DNA of 64,000 nt from a virus (taxonomy: Duplodnaviria > Caudoviricetes): the IMG/VR virus record IMGVR_UViG_3300021181_000004, one strand, 5' to 3'. This document shows positions 55,065 through 64,000 of the stretch, one piece after another. The notes under the pieces were generated by a model, which saw only the letters and a program-made list of their open reading frames with translations, searched no databases and was not told the DNA's origin. Position numbers and translations under genes: made by a program. How positions within the stretch are numbered: position 1 is the first letter of the stretch; every line of letters starts with the position of its first letter.

Positions 55065-57530
55065 TTAGTTTCCAGCTACAGCCGCCGTTGCCGACTGGCT
55101 GCTTGCTTTACGAGACGCATCCATAGTCCGGAGGTAATCCAGCAGGATGTTCTCCTTCTCAATACTACGATCGTAACTATAGTTTCGGCTAATCAGGCTC
55201 AGCATCGGATAAAGAATACTGACCTTTTCCCACTCTTCGTTATAGTCGATCATATTGGCTGGAGTGTATTTTCCACGCTCTTCTGCGAGTTGGAGAACTT
55301 CCACTAGAGCCTTGAGTTCATCGTCATCGTCAGCTTTCTGGGCTATCGCCAATTCCTCGCAAAAGGTCTGGAATGGACTATCTGCTGCCAGGGGTTTGTC
55401 GATCGCAATACGCTCTAACGTTTCGTCAAACTCAGAACCGGAATCCCAATCATGATAGAGGATGCTGAGTTCCTTTGCTTGTGCTGGAGTCATAACTTTC
55501 TTGATCTGACCCATAACGTAAGGTACGAAACTGACCCATTCCTGTTTCTTGGCGCGCAACTTGTGTTCTTTCTTCAGACCGTAGATAGGCGTCTTAGCTG
55601 TGATGCCTGCGAATTTGCCACTCTTTTTAACGTTCTGAACAAATTCAGTTAAATCATGACCACCTGTTTCAGTATCGAACTCATCTTCGGTTGCGGCCAG
55701 ATTCTCTACAGGAATATAGAACTTCCGGCCTGCAGGTTGTGTATCGCTACGAACCCATGCTTTAGTCCACCCTTTTACCGAATAACTTCCTGCACCCGTA
55801 GACGAAACAACTTTGTCGACTAAGACGAGTATGTCACGAGCCGGGGCCAAAGCTGTTGGAGCTTTGCGTGCATCAAGAATGTGAGCATAACGTGTCTTTA
55901 ACTCGCTGAGGCGGATGCAAGGTGGGTTGCCCAGCTTCACCATCATGTCTTCTGCCTCTCGAACCGCTGCAATTACTTCTACATCTTTGTTAGCGCGGCT
56001 GAACAAGAAGACGGTCTTGACCTTGGATTGAGTCCGCTCCCCCGTTTCACTGATTACTTCTTCGTTATCTGCTGCTTCTTGCAGGAAGTAGTGAATGTAT
56101 TTTTCCGCACCAATTTTTACGTCATTGATGACCATTAATACGTTGGGTTGAACCGGAAATGCTACATCAAAGTCTTCACGAGTGTGCACATTGGTCTGAA
56201 CTTCATGGAACATTTCCAGACGTTTATCACCACGACAAAAGGTGTGCTCTTTCTTGGCATACTGACTTCCACGGTAATTATGTGAAAACTCTGCTACATG
56301 GACACTTTTCGCGTCGAGCTGATTGATAACCGGGTGTTTGTCGGCCAAAGTGAAGTTCTTGTAATTCTTGCAGAATTGTCCATTGTTGTGGGCGTCGTTG
56401 ACCAATTTACCAATGCCGGGTGCATGGCTCAATTCGTAGATAAGAACACGAGCCTGCCATGGTTCTTTGCAGGAATCGACCTTCTTCTGAACTTCCTCTA
56501 GCATAGAGTTGTAGATGTTATCCAACATAGCAAGGATGTTGGCAACGGTGGTTTCATCCAGTTGAAGTGTTTCACGGGAGGCTGCCACTGCCAGCTGACC
56601 AATCGGGAAGAAAATATCTAGGGGCAGAGAAGTGATGCTCTGCTGTTTTTCTGTCAATTTGGAGATGTCAATATTGCCAACCGTATACTGAACCTTGCCT
56701 TGGATGGCTCGTAGACCAGTATTCCCGCTTCCTCCAGATCGCATTCCCCAAGTTTCGGTGCGGATCGTATAGGTCGGAATCGGGATATCCAGGTCAATGT
56801 TAAGAATCGGGCGAGGCACGAAGAACTCCAGTGCCATCTTGGCCTTGTTCTCGAATTCCCAGATATCGTTCTTCTTGACCGGGAAGGTCACTTCCAAACC
56901 GTTAACAGCATCCGGGGTCGCGGTGCTATCCATAGAATTTACTTGAGGCTTCCCTTCCTCGTTGATGAAGGCACTGTAGATGGTCGTAACACCATCATAG
57001 CGATTGATGATAGTGAAGCCCTCACAGTAGCAGAAGGGTGATTTTGAACCCACTCCAAAATATCCTATGGTTTCGTTGGAATCCCCTTTGTTTGAGTTCC
57101 CGTAGGTGCAGTACAAATCCACCACTTCGTCGATGATTTTGACAATCTGACCCTTTTTCAGTTCTTGTTGAGGTTGCTTCTTGCCAATTCGCTTCTCGCC
57201 AAATTGTTTGCCGTAAGGAGTTTCGATCATTTCGATCTCGTAGACGTATTCCGCAGCAGGGTTTAATCCAGTCCCGAAATCCTTAATGCTAAAGGTGGGT
57301 TCAAAATCTGTTGGAAGGTGAATTTCAAAGGGTACTTCGGTTTTACCCGCCATAGCATGGGAATCCCAAGCATTGCAGGAAAGCTCGCGGATGATTGCGC
57401 GAATTTTATCGCTGTACAACGCATTAGAAAGGAGCGAAAACATCTCTGCAGTTGCTCTAATGGAGATGTTTTGCGGCCCAGTTTGTGCACCAGAAACCCT
57501 GACAGCGTTTCCTTTATGTTGCATCTTCAT
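55065..57530 (-). CDS. rIIA: rIIA-like protein (GHKL ATPase)
   Basis: LYSDKIRAIIRELSCNAWDSH, FSIKDFGTGL, YGNSNK..SN..IGYFGVGSKSPF; adjacent to rIIB. Confidence 0.9.
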   Translation of the reverse strand: MKMQHKGNAVRVSGAQTGPQNISIRATAEMFSLLSNALYSDKIRAIIRELSCNAWDSHAMAGKTEVPFEIHLPTDFEPTFSIKDFGTGLNPAAEYVYEIEMIETPYGKQFGEKRIGKKQPQQELKKGQIVKIIDEVVDLYCTYGNSNKGDSNETIGYFGVGSKSPFCYCEGFTIINRYDGVTTIYSAFINEEGKPQVNSMDSTATPDAVNGLEVTFPVKKNDIWEFENKAKMALEFFVPRPILNIDLDIPIPTYTIRTETWGMRSGGSGNTGLRAIQGKVQYTVGNIDISKLTEKQQSITSLPLDIFFPIGQLAVAASRETLQLDETTVANILAMLDNIYNSMLEEVQKKVDSCKEPWQARVLIYELSHAPGIGKLVNDAHNNGQFCKNYKNFTLADKHPVINQLDAKSVHVAEFSHNYRGSQYAKKEHTFCRGDKRLEMFHEVQTNVHTREDFDVAFPVQPNVLMVINDVKIGAEKYIHYFLQEAADNEEVISETGERTQSKVKTVFLFSRANKDVEVIAAVREAEDMMVKLGNPPCIRLSELKTRYAHILDARKAPTALAPARDILVLVDKVVSSTGAGSYSVKGWTKAWVRSDTQPAGRKFYIPVENLAATEDEFDTETGGHDLTEFVQNVKKSGKFAGITAKTPIYGLKKEHKLRAKKQEWVSFVPYVMGQIKKVMTPAQAKELSILYHDWDSGSEFDETLERIAIDKPLAADSPFQTFCEELAIAQKADDDDELKALVEVLQLAEERGKYTPANMIDYNEEWEKVSILYPMLSLISRNYSYDRSIEKENILLDYLRTMDASRKASSQSATAAVAGN

Positions 57531-57560
57531 GTGGTTTGTCCTCTCTCCAGTTACAATCTA

Positions 57561-58322
57561 CTAGAAAGGATCAGAAATCGGGTAATCGGCTGTTTCTATA
57601 GGAATGGCTTCTCCGTAGCGACCCGACACTTCTATATGTAAGCAGAATTGATGATATTCTTCTTCAACAATTACCCAGCTACGAGCGTGGTAATAGAGAA
57701 GTCGCCATTCTATCCATTTTACTTCTGCTTTAGTCATGCGTTTACGCGCAAGGTCTATGGTAAGCCCAGCCAAGTGGGACGAAGCCGACTCTCCTTCATA
57801 GGGTGCCGCATTTCTATTCCATTTTCGTAGCTTCTTCTGTACTTCCACAGTACGAACGGCACTATCGACCATAAGCGGCTCATGAAATTTAGTGTAGAAA
57901 TCGTAACTCAAATCGGTTAGAAACTGAGCTGTCCATGGGCGACAATAACGCCGCTGGGGATCGAGGCGGGGGTCAACAATAAGAGCAGAAGAAAGAGGTA
58001 ATGGCACAAGTTCTTGGTTGGTTACAGCGATGAGGAGATCGTCGCTATTTTGATAACGAGGGAGGGCTAGGCGGTCGATCTCCTCATTTTGACGCAATAG
58101 TGATTCATGCGTAGGGGGGAACATTGGATGCCACCAAGGATGGCGTATTCTCTGGTACAGCGAACGCCGCATTGGGCGGTGTTTTGTTAAGGTTATAGCA
58201 TTGATCGGGGTGCAGAAGCTAATTAACAAAACGACTAGGAGACCCAGAGAAAAGTTTTTCAAGCTCTCTCCTCTCTGCCAATTCTGTGTCCAACCTTGTA
58301 CGTTTTGTGACAACTGCTTCAT
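57561..58322 (-). CDS. DUF5715-like / M15-type Zn peptidase (possible cell-wall hydrolase)
   Basis: DSAVRTVEVQ..L...N.NAA....SSHLAGLTIDL ... CLHIEV (H-x6-D...H zinc set); N-terminal hydrophobic segment. Confidence 0.7.
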   Translation of the reverse strand: MKQLSQNVQGWTQNWQRGESLKNFSLGLLVVLLISFCTPINAITLTKHRPMRRSLYQRIRHPWWHPMFPPTHESLLRQNEEIDRLALPRYQNSDDLLIAVTNQELVPLPLSSALIVDPRLDPQRRYCRPWTAQFLTDLSYDFYTKFHEPLMVDSAVRTVEVQKKLRKWNRNAAPYEGESASSHLAGLTIDLARKRMTKAEVKWIEWRLLYYHARSWVIVEEEYHQFCLHIEVSGRYGEAIPIETADYPISDPF

Positions 58323-58424
58323 GACCCGGATGTATACGAAGTATACGAATAAATCCGAATACTGAGAAGCTAAATATCCCGCGCTCCTCTATCGTTCTGC
58401 TAATGCCGATTTTTGCGTATCGTT

Positions 58425-58829
58425 TCATCCTCCCCAATCTCCACGGCGTCTATAGGCTGCCAGCCGTACTTTATGTTCTGCAAACAATGGCTCATCCGCC
58501 TTTTCATCCTTTTTGATGACCTCCAGCATATGGATTAAGTCATCTCCAAGCTGCGTCTTAGTTATGTCACCACGATCGTAGGCTGCCACGGATGCTGTTA
58601 ATTGTTTGCGTACAAAACTATAGCGATGCTTCACGTTCAGCGCGTCGGCAACGAGTTGGTACAATTCTTCACGATCGTAGCTAGAATCATCGCGTAATAC
58701 CGGAGGCCAAGGAGCTCTGCCTACTTGGCAAAGCGAATTTCCATAGCCGTAGAAACGCAGGGGTTGTGGTTTCTCTGACTTAGTCTTTGTAGGTTGAGGT
58801 TTGGGCTTATTCCAGAATTTAAAGTTCAT
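58425..58829 (-). CDS. Hypothetical protein
   Basis: 134 aa ORF in the operon. Confidence 0.55.
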   Translation of the reverse strand: MNFKFWNKPKPQPTKTKSEKPQPLRFYGYGNSLCQVGRAPWPPVLRDDSSYDREELYQLVADALNVKHRYSFVRKQLTASVAAYDRGDITKTQLGDDLIHMLEVIKKDEKADEPLFAEHKVRLAAYRRRGDWGG

Positions 58830-59032
58830 GCCGTTTTCCTTACTGTGAGAGTTTTTTGAATTGCGAGTGGTATTCTACGCAAATCAACGGCCCGAAGTAC
58901 GCGATAGCTAGAATGGGCTGCTTTACTTCTCAAGGACCAAATTTCTCTTTTGAGAGGATTGTCTATTCGAATGTTATCATTGCCTAGCATGAATGAATGT
59001 GCTCCAGGCTTAATAATGATAACTTTTCTCAT
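58826..59032 (-). CDS. Small hypothetical protein (apparent leaderless start)
   Basis: TAGATT-N5-ATG; ATGA overlap downstream. Confidence 0.5.
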   Translation of the reverse strand: MRKVIIIKPGAHSFMLGNDNIRIDNPLKREIWSLRSKAAHSSYRVLRAVDLRRIPLAIQKTLTVRKTA

Positions 59033-59053
59033 GTTGGAATCTACGGCTAGATA

Positions 59054-59557
59054 TTAGGATTCGGCTACGTTGGGAGGAATAATGTCTTCTACTACTGTAC
59101 CCCAGCGTTCCAAAGTCCCTCTAAACCCCATGGCTTGAGCTTGTTCAAAGGATTGTCGGAGCAGCCCATTCCAAATATCTGTATGCGGAACACGAAACAA
59201 CATCGCGTCAATCATTCGGAGACGAGGGAGTTTTGGATTTTTAGGATCAGTGTTTTCAACCTGACGATGGACGCCCTCTCGGAAGGTGTTCTGAGCAAGG
59301 TGGATGAGACCTGAGATGTTGCCTATGTTGGGTACGGGTGCATCAGGCGGGAGAGGAGAACCAAGAACTATACCTTCTTCTGCTAGTTTTTCAACCGTAA
59401 ATTCTGGGTTCATGATTGGCTCACCGCAATCGATACACTTGCTATTTTCTGCGATCATGCAAGGACATTTGTCTTCCATAATAGAGGTTTCTCTATTACT
59501 GGAAAGGTTGCCAACCCGCGTCGAGTTGGGGATTGCTGTCGTAAAGAACTCGTTCAT
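59054..59557 (-). CDS. Hypothetical protein
   Basis: AGGAGG SD; CPC..CIDCG motif. Confidence 0.55.
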   Translation of the reverse strand: MNEFFTTAIPNSTRVGNLSSNRETSIMEDKCPCMIAENSKCIDCGEPIMNPEFTVEKLAEEGIVLGSPLPPDAPVPNIGNISGLIHLAQNTFREGVHRQVENTDPKNPKLPRLRMIDAMLFRVPHTDIWNGLLRQSFEQAQAMGFRGTLERWGTVVEDIIPPNVAES

Positions 59558-59597
59558 AGTGGCCTCCTTTTAGTCATAGTTCATGGTGTATATTACT

Positions 59598-60578
59598 TCA
59601 CATGACGTCTACTTCTTCCATTAGAACCATGTCTTCTGCGATATCACGAGTGAATTCGTTTCCGTAGCGAGTGGAAGATCGGAACTCGAGTTCTGTCATG
59701 AGTGCATTCAGTGCGTCCTGGTCAGGTGGATGCATCTTCATGTCTTCTATATTCCATTCAAGAGGAGCGCACTTGTCCAAGGTCACTAGCTTCTTGCTCA
59801 ATCGCACAACGGCTTCGTTCAGCCGAAGGGACTCTCGGTAGCTGGTCTTTTTTATTTCGTCGAGCTTTTTGTACAACTCATCAATGTCGCCGTACATCTG
59901 AATCAGATCTACACTGCCTTTATCACCAATTCCCGGGGCACCGGGGACGTTGTCGCTTGTGTCACCCCGTAGAGCCATCATGTCCGTGATCTGCTCTGGA
60001 AGGACACCTACGCGGTCTAAAACACCATGCGAAGTAAAGACTCCTTTATCCGGGTTCATGACATAGACATTTGACGTTACTAACTGGAACATGTCTTTGT
60101 CATGGGTGAGAACAGTGACTTGTCGATTGGGGTCTTGTTCCACTACGATACGAGCGAGGGTTCCTAGGAGATCGTCGGCTTCATAACCTTCCAATTTGCA
60201 AACTGGAATCCCGTAAGCGTCGAAGAGACGATAGATGTAGGGAACTTGCACTAGGAAATCTTGGGTGTGCTCATCTCGGCCTGCTTTATAGCCCAGGTAA
60301 GGGATGGTCTCAACCCCTTTCTTGGTCCATCTTTTGATATCGGGCATACCCGCCGCGAGTGCATCTTGCCAGGTAGGTCCTTGAACGTCACAACAGGCGA
60401 CTAGATATTCAGGAGCCAGTCCTGAATAGAGTTTTTGGAGCATCTTATTGAAGAAATAGATTGCCCCGGTGGGCAACCCGGCCTTGGTTTGCATAGGAGG
60501 GCGGCCCGGTACAACAGAGCCGTGGTACGCACGATGAATGAAAGACATCGCGTCTAAGAGATAGATGCGCTTGTTCAT
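59598..60578 (-). CDS. 5'-3' exonuclease (PolA N-terminal / FEN-like)
   Basis: LLDAMSFIHRAYH, YKAGR, GYEADDLLGT, DKDMFQL, ALRGDTSDNVPGAPGIGDK; no polymerase domain. Confidence 0.93.
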   Translation of the reverse strand: MNKRIYLLDAMSFIHRAYHGSVVPGRPPMQTKAGLPTGAIYFFNKMLQKLYSGLAPEYLVACCDVQGPTWQDALAAGMPDIKRWTKKGVETIPYLGYKAGRDEHTQDFLVQVPYIYRLFDAYGIPVCKLEGYEADDLLGTLARIVVEQDPNRQVTVLTHDKDMFQLVTSNVYVMNPDKGVFTSHGVLDRVGVLPEQITDMMALRGDTSDNVPGAPGIGDKGSVDLIQMYGDIDELYKKLDEIKKTSYRESLRLNEAVVRLSKKLVTLDKCAPLEWNIEDMKMHPPDQDALNALMTELEFRSSTRYGNEFTRDIAEDMVLMEEVDVM

Positions 60579-60584
60579 TGACTC

Positions 60585-60794
60585 CTAATAACCTGGGATG
60601 AAGATTCGGATGATGAAGGCGACTATTTCCAGGCATACGAATGTTGAGCACCATCTTACCACAAAGTCTAAACCTGGCTCCAAATTGGGTGTTTTAGTGC
60701 GTCGTCTGTCGGCATATCTTGATAGACACATCATCCCACATACAAAGGCACTGACAATAAAATTTATCACCGAAATGACTGAAAAGTTTAGCAT
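60585..60794 (-). CDS. Small two-TM membrane protein
   Basis: Two hydrophobic segments. Confidence 0.5.
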   Translation of the reverse strand: MLNFSVISVINFIVSAFVCGMMCLSRYADRRRTKTPNLEPGLDFVVRWCSTFVCLEIVAFIIRIFIPGY

Positions 60795-61252
60795 AGATCT
60801 GTACCATGAATGCGACGAAGGTTGACCAATTTGTGGAGATCAAATCCCAACTGACCCAAGATCTCAATGGTTGCACCCTCTGCAATGCCTCGCATGCCGT
60901 GTTCAAATGCTCCAGCTTCGGCACGGACACGCACTTCGGATTTGAGAGACAACGCCATGCGCATGGCGGTCATAATCTGATCACGAACCCAGACCTCACG
61001 GTCTGGCCCAGCTTCAGGTCGTGGTTCATGATTGTTCGCGTTGTTTAGATGACATTGTTGAGGAGCAGCACTCTTCATCTCGCAGCGAATGTGTGCCAGC
61101 TCGGGGGAAGGTTTGTTGAGCTTATCCAGTGCCACCTGTAATTCTGGATCAACTGGTTTTACGTTGGCGAATATCTGTCTCACGGTTTCTCCTGCTGCGT
61201 CAGTGAGGATCTCGTTTTGATCAGTTTCGTAGATTGCTTGCTCATCAGACAT
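60788..61252 (-). CDS. Hypothetical protein
   Basis: 154 aa, AGGAG SD. Confidence 0.55.
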   Translation of the reverse strand: MSDEQAIYETDQNEILTDAAGETVRQIFANVKPVDPELQVALDKLNKPSPELAHIRCEMKSAAPQQCHLNNANNHEPRPEAGPDREVWVRDQIMTAMRMALSLKSEVRVRAEAGAFEHGMRGIAEGATIEILGQLGFDLHKLVNLRRIHGTDLC

Positions 61253-61401
61253 AGAAACTCCTCTTTCATACTTTCGTAGGGCGACACTGCTTTCTTGCGT
61301 TCTTCTAACACGTAATTCGCGATAGCAGTGTCTGCTTCCTCTCGTGTAATAGCCAATGAGAAATACGCTCGTTCTACCGCTGCAATAAAACTTTCACTCA
61401 T
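61180..61401 (-). CDS. Small hypothetical protein
   Basis: ATGA overlap with the upstream gene; ACTTTCTAA at 61423; overlaps the downstream gene. Confidence 0.4.
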   Translation of the reverse strand: MSESFIAAVERAYFSLAITREEADTAIANYVLEERKKAVSPYESMKEEFLCLMSKQSTKLIKTRSSLTQQEKP

Positions 61402-63074
61402 GCATTTCCTTTTGGTTTGATCTTAGAAAGTGAACGTTCCCAAATCTCGTCTAACGTTTCATTATTTGAGATTGGCTCCAGCGTATTTGGATTCAATGTT
61501 GTTTCAGCCCCACGTATTGGAGAATCTTTTGAGTGATACTCTTCTCCAAAAGCTTTCCGCGCAAGATCAAAGTACCCGGTGGTTGCAATTTTGTTCATAA
61601 TCTGCGCGTACTCTTCTTCACCAATTTTGACTTCTGGCGTAGCAAAAACTGGGGCGAGAATTTCAGCTACTTCGAAAGAAATCTTACAAATGATTTCCCG
61701 ACTTCCTGCCCCCAAATCTCTGTAAGCGTTTCGTTCCGCCTCCTGCCAGATAAGAAATAGATCCTTCTTGAGTGGGTTTTTAAACAGTTGAGCCTGAATG
61801 AGTTCTAATCGATAACCTGCCAGCCATTCTTCGTAAGAGGATGGATTCTCTCCCCACTCCTTCATCTGTTCTGTATAATCTGCATATCGCTTCTCAATTG
61901 TTCGTTCGTCTTCAGGCACAGCATCAGTAATTTGGTTCACAGGCTTAACGGTCCCGGTTTTGAGCCCTTTCATGACTGCTTGTGCATTTTGAGTGGCGGT
62001 GGCTAATTGCGCTGCCAAACGTTCCTCAAAAGGAGTTTGGAAGCACTGGGTCACATATTGGAGCAAATTCGATACCAACTGGACTTTATCGTTGGGATAG
62101 TCAGATTGATAGACCATCTGGAGAAGTTTATCTGACTCCATGTCGGTTAACCGGACTTCTCCTTTTGCTTTTTCAATTTCATTTAGGCACTTAGAAAAAC
62201 CAATCTGTTGGAGAATCTTCGCTGCTGTAGCGCGAAGAGAAGCTCGATACGTTAGGGCTTTCTCCAAAAAATCAACCTCTAAACTAACTTTGTAGACTTC
62301 TGTGTTATCTTCATTTTGAGCAGTGGCGTCGTCCGCATCGATCGTAGTCCAATCATCTGCCTGAGCGGTTTCTGCATAGTCGGCAATCAGACCAGCTAGA
62401 TCTGCTTTACTCAAATCATAGAGCCTAGCGCCCTCTTTGTTTACAAGTTTGTACCGTTGATTAAAATCATCTTTAGTGATATCATTCAAAAGTGCTTCAG
62501 CAGTTGAGTTTTGACCTTTCATACGGAAGTAGTTGGGCCATTCACGCTTGATCAAAGCCCAAATAACTTCATCTGATTGATCCTTCCAAATGCGTGGATC
62601 CCACTTATCAGCTGCGTTGCACAAGCAGATAATACCTGGCCCTGGTTGGAACATGCATTGTTTCCAAGTCCGTTCAAGCCATTGACGTTCTGGGCATTTC
62701 GGTTCTGGGTGTTGAAGGAAACAATAGAAATTTCTACCTTCGCCTAAAATCTCGCTATATTGTTCCAGATCGACGATAGAGGAGGAAAATTGACCGTTGC
62801 TACTGATGTACTGCTTACCAAGGTCAGCATCGCCGCCCAATCGTCCGCGTCTTCTCACGATAAATTTAGCTTCTAAAGCTGCAAAACGCGGATCATGGAC
62901 AAGAGACCAGGTTGGGCCGAGACTTTCAACCAGCCCTCGAGGGCCGAAGACTACTTGATCGATCAATCGGCTGTGTTCAAATTCCTCTCGGCTGACATCG
63001 CCTTCCTCAAAACGGAAGATACGTTTTTCGTCTCCAAGGATACCCAATGCGCGTTGTAAAGCGTTGTCAATCAC
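61398..63074 (-). CDS. Hypothetical protein (558 aa)
   Basis: Long ORF, no motif recognised. Confidence 0.65.
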   Translation of the reverse strand: MIDNALQRALGILGDEKRIFRFEEGDVSREEFEHSRLIDQVVFGPRGLVESLGPTWSLVHDPRFAALEAKFIVRRRGRLGGDADLGKQYISSNGQFSSSIVDLEQYSEILGEGRNFYCFLQHPEPKCPERQWLERTWKQCMFQPGPGIICLCNAADKWDPRIWKDQSDEVIWALIKREWPNYFRMKGQNSTAEALLNDITKDDFNQRYKLVNKEGARLYDLSKADLAGLIADYAETAQADDWTTIDADDATAQNEDNTEVYKVSLEVDFLEKALTYRASLRATAAKILQQIGFSKCLNEIEKAKGEVRLTDMESDKLLQMVYQSDYPNDKVQLVSNLLQYVTQCFQTPFEERLAAQLATATQNAQAVMKGLKTGTVKPVNQITDAVPEDERTIEKRYADYTEQMKEWGENPSSYEEWLAGYRLELIQAQLFKNPLKKDLFLIWQEAERNAYRDLGAGSREIICKISFEVAEILAPVFATPEVKIGEEEYAQIMNKIATTGYFDLARKAFGEEYHSKDSPIRGAETTLNPNTLEPISNNETLDEIWERSLSKIKPKGNA

Positions 63075-63246
63075 GTTTTAGTCCTTTAACCATCTTGCGT
63101 TCTACCAGGGCATCATAAGCAGCGATTATTGGAAATTCTTCATCCCGCTGCTCAACCAAGTCCATGGCGTCCAATAGGAATTTCTCAACTTTAGTTAGTA
63201 TGTCCTGTGGAGAATCCCCAACAGAGAGTTCATATTGCATTTGCAT
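63067..63246 (-). CDS. Small hypothetical protein (59 aa; below ORF-track cutoff)
   Basis: MQMQYELSVGDSPQDILTKVEKFLLDAMD..., TAATG coupling to the upstream ORF. Confidence 0.45.
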   Translation of the reverse strand: MQMQYELSVGDSPQDILTKVEKFLLDAMDLVEQRDEEFPIIAAYDALVERKMVKGLKRD

Positions 63247-63419
63247 TAGTAGGTGGCCCCGAATTCTTCCGCAACCCCAATAATCTCAGCAGCAATGAGA
63301 ATAATTGCAGCCCACCAAAGAGAAATAGAATGAAGGATCATGGCGGTTTTTGCGATGTACCCGTATCCAGCGAATCTGATACCACTTTTGATGAAACTAA
63401 TTAGGCTATGTTTTGTCAA
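63246..63419 (-). CDS. Small membrane protein (57 aa; TTG start)
   Basis: HSLISFIKSGIRF...IILIAAEIIGVAEEF resembles a small membrane protein recalled from myoviruses; GAGG SD. Confidence 0.55.
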   Translation of the reverse strand: MTKHSLISFIKSGIRFAGYGYIAKTAMILHSISLWWAAIILIAAEIIGVAEEFGATY

Positions 63420-63692
63420 TTTCAAACCCTCTACAGGGAGCGAATTACAGCTCCAACAACTAAATACTCTGCTTCTAGACCCAAGGAGGGATTCTTTATG
63501 AATTTCGCACTTTCCGATGGTTTTTTCACTTTAAACCCAAGAGAGTTAACTCCAACAGAAATAGGCGTCTAGAGGAGGAGGTGGTCTTTAATCTACACCA
63601 TGCTTCCGGAGGGAAGAGGAGCCGGGGCTAAGTGTGATTGGAAAGCACAGTGTTTGAACTGTGTTATTTTGTGGTTGAATTCTGGGGGATTA

Positions 63693-64000
63693 ATGGACAA
63701 TGAACTACTCCGTACTACCAAATCGTTAACCACTGGCGAAAATCAAGGTATGAATAGCATTATTTTCTATCTACAAGAGGCAGCTCGGCATTCTTTACTT
63801 TGGATATGCGGGGTTATTGGCACTGTCGGGGCAGCAGCTGGCATTTGTATAGGTTTGATTAAATGGATGAATTCTACCTACAAACGAGGAACTCAACTCG
63901 TAGATGAGATCAGTAAGATCCAAAATATCAGCATCCAATCTAAAGAGACGGCCAGGGTTGTAGCTGATACAAAGTTAGCCGTTGATCTCATACAAACCAA
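63693..64000 (+). CDS. Holin-like membrane protein (3'-truncated)
   Basis: Open frame to window end: ...LLWICGVIGTVGAAAGICIGLIKW then coiled coil; not in ORF track. Confidence 0.45.
   Translation, partial: MDNELLRTTKSLTTGENQGMNSIIFYLQEAARHSLLWICGVIGTVGAAAGICIGLIKWMNSTYKRGTQLVDEISKIQNISIQSKETARVVADTKLAVDLIQT

Noticed and set aside
1-64000. Stop-codon recoding
   Set aside because: Code-11 ORFs tile the window densely, and conserved genes end cleanly at TAA, TAG and TGA.
1-64000. tRNA or rRNA genes, and portal gene
   Set aside because: No cloverleaf with T-loop/CCA or rRNA sequence recognised by eye; no portal-like ORF seen. A tRNAscan run would be decisive.
1-64000. Giant eukaryotic virus or Borg-like element (suggested by tandem repeats and KYGV endonuclease)
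   Set aside because: HK97-type MCP, sheath/tube, TerL, rIIA/B and bacterial SD sites indicate a tailed bacteriophage.

Overview
64 kb of a large (probably jumbo) contractile-tailed dsDNA bacteriophage in standard code 11. The left part (1-24.5 kb, + strand) is a morphogenesis module: tail sheath (5'-truncated), tail tube, prohead protease, acidic scaffold, head decoration protein, HK97-type major capsid protein and fibre/appendage proteins. The middle (24.4-45 kb, mostly - strand) holds terminase large subunit, sigma-factor-like genes, HNH and PD-(D/E)XK endonucleases and several very large mosaic proteins. The right part (46-64 kb, - strand) is an accessory region with Pth2, Ku, rIIA/rIIB, an M15-like peptidase and a 5'-3' exonuclease. 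Several genes resemble Acidobacteriota proteins, so that host is inferred, not shown. Main observations: (1) about eight large proteins look like polyproteins of small domains separated by K-x-A motifs and sharing modules, candidate protease-processed virion cargo; (2) a 203-nt ORF-less group I intron in codon 6 of the tail tube gene (missed by the ORF track) beside a free-standing GIY-YIG endonuclease; (3) a 50-bp inverted repeat 4 kb apart whose inversion would fuse the start of the 1332-aa gene in frame to a bL12-like domain; (4) recent tandem duplications; (5) two recurring promoter-like motifs, one giving apparent leaderless starts. Family names come from motif recognition, not database searches.
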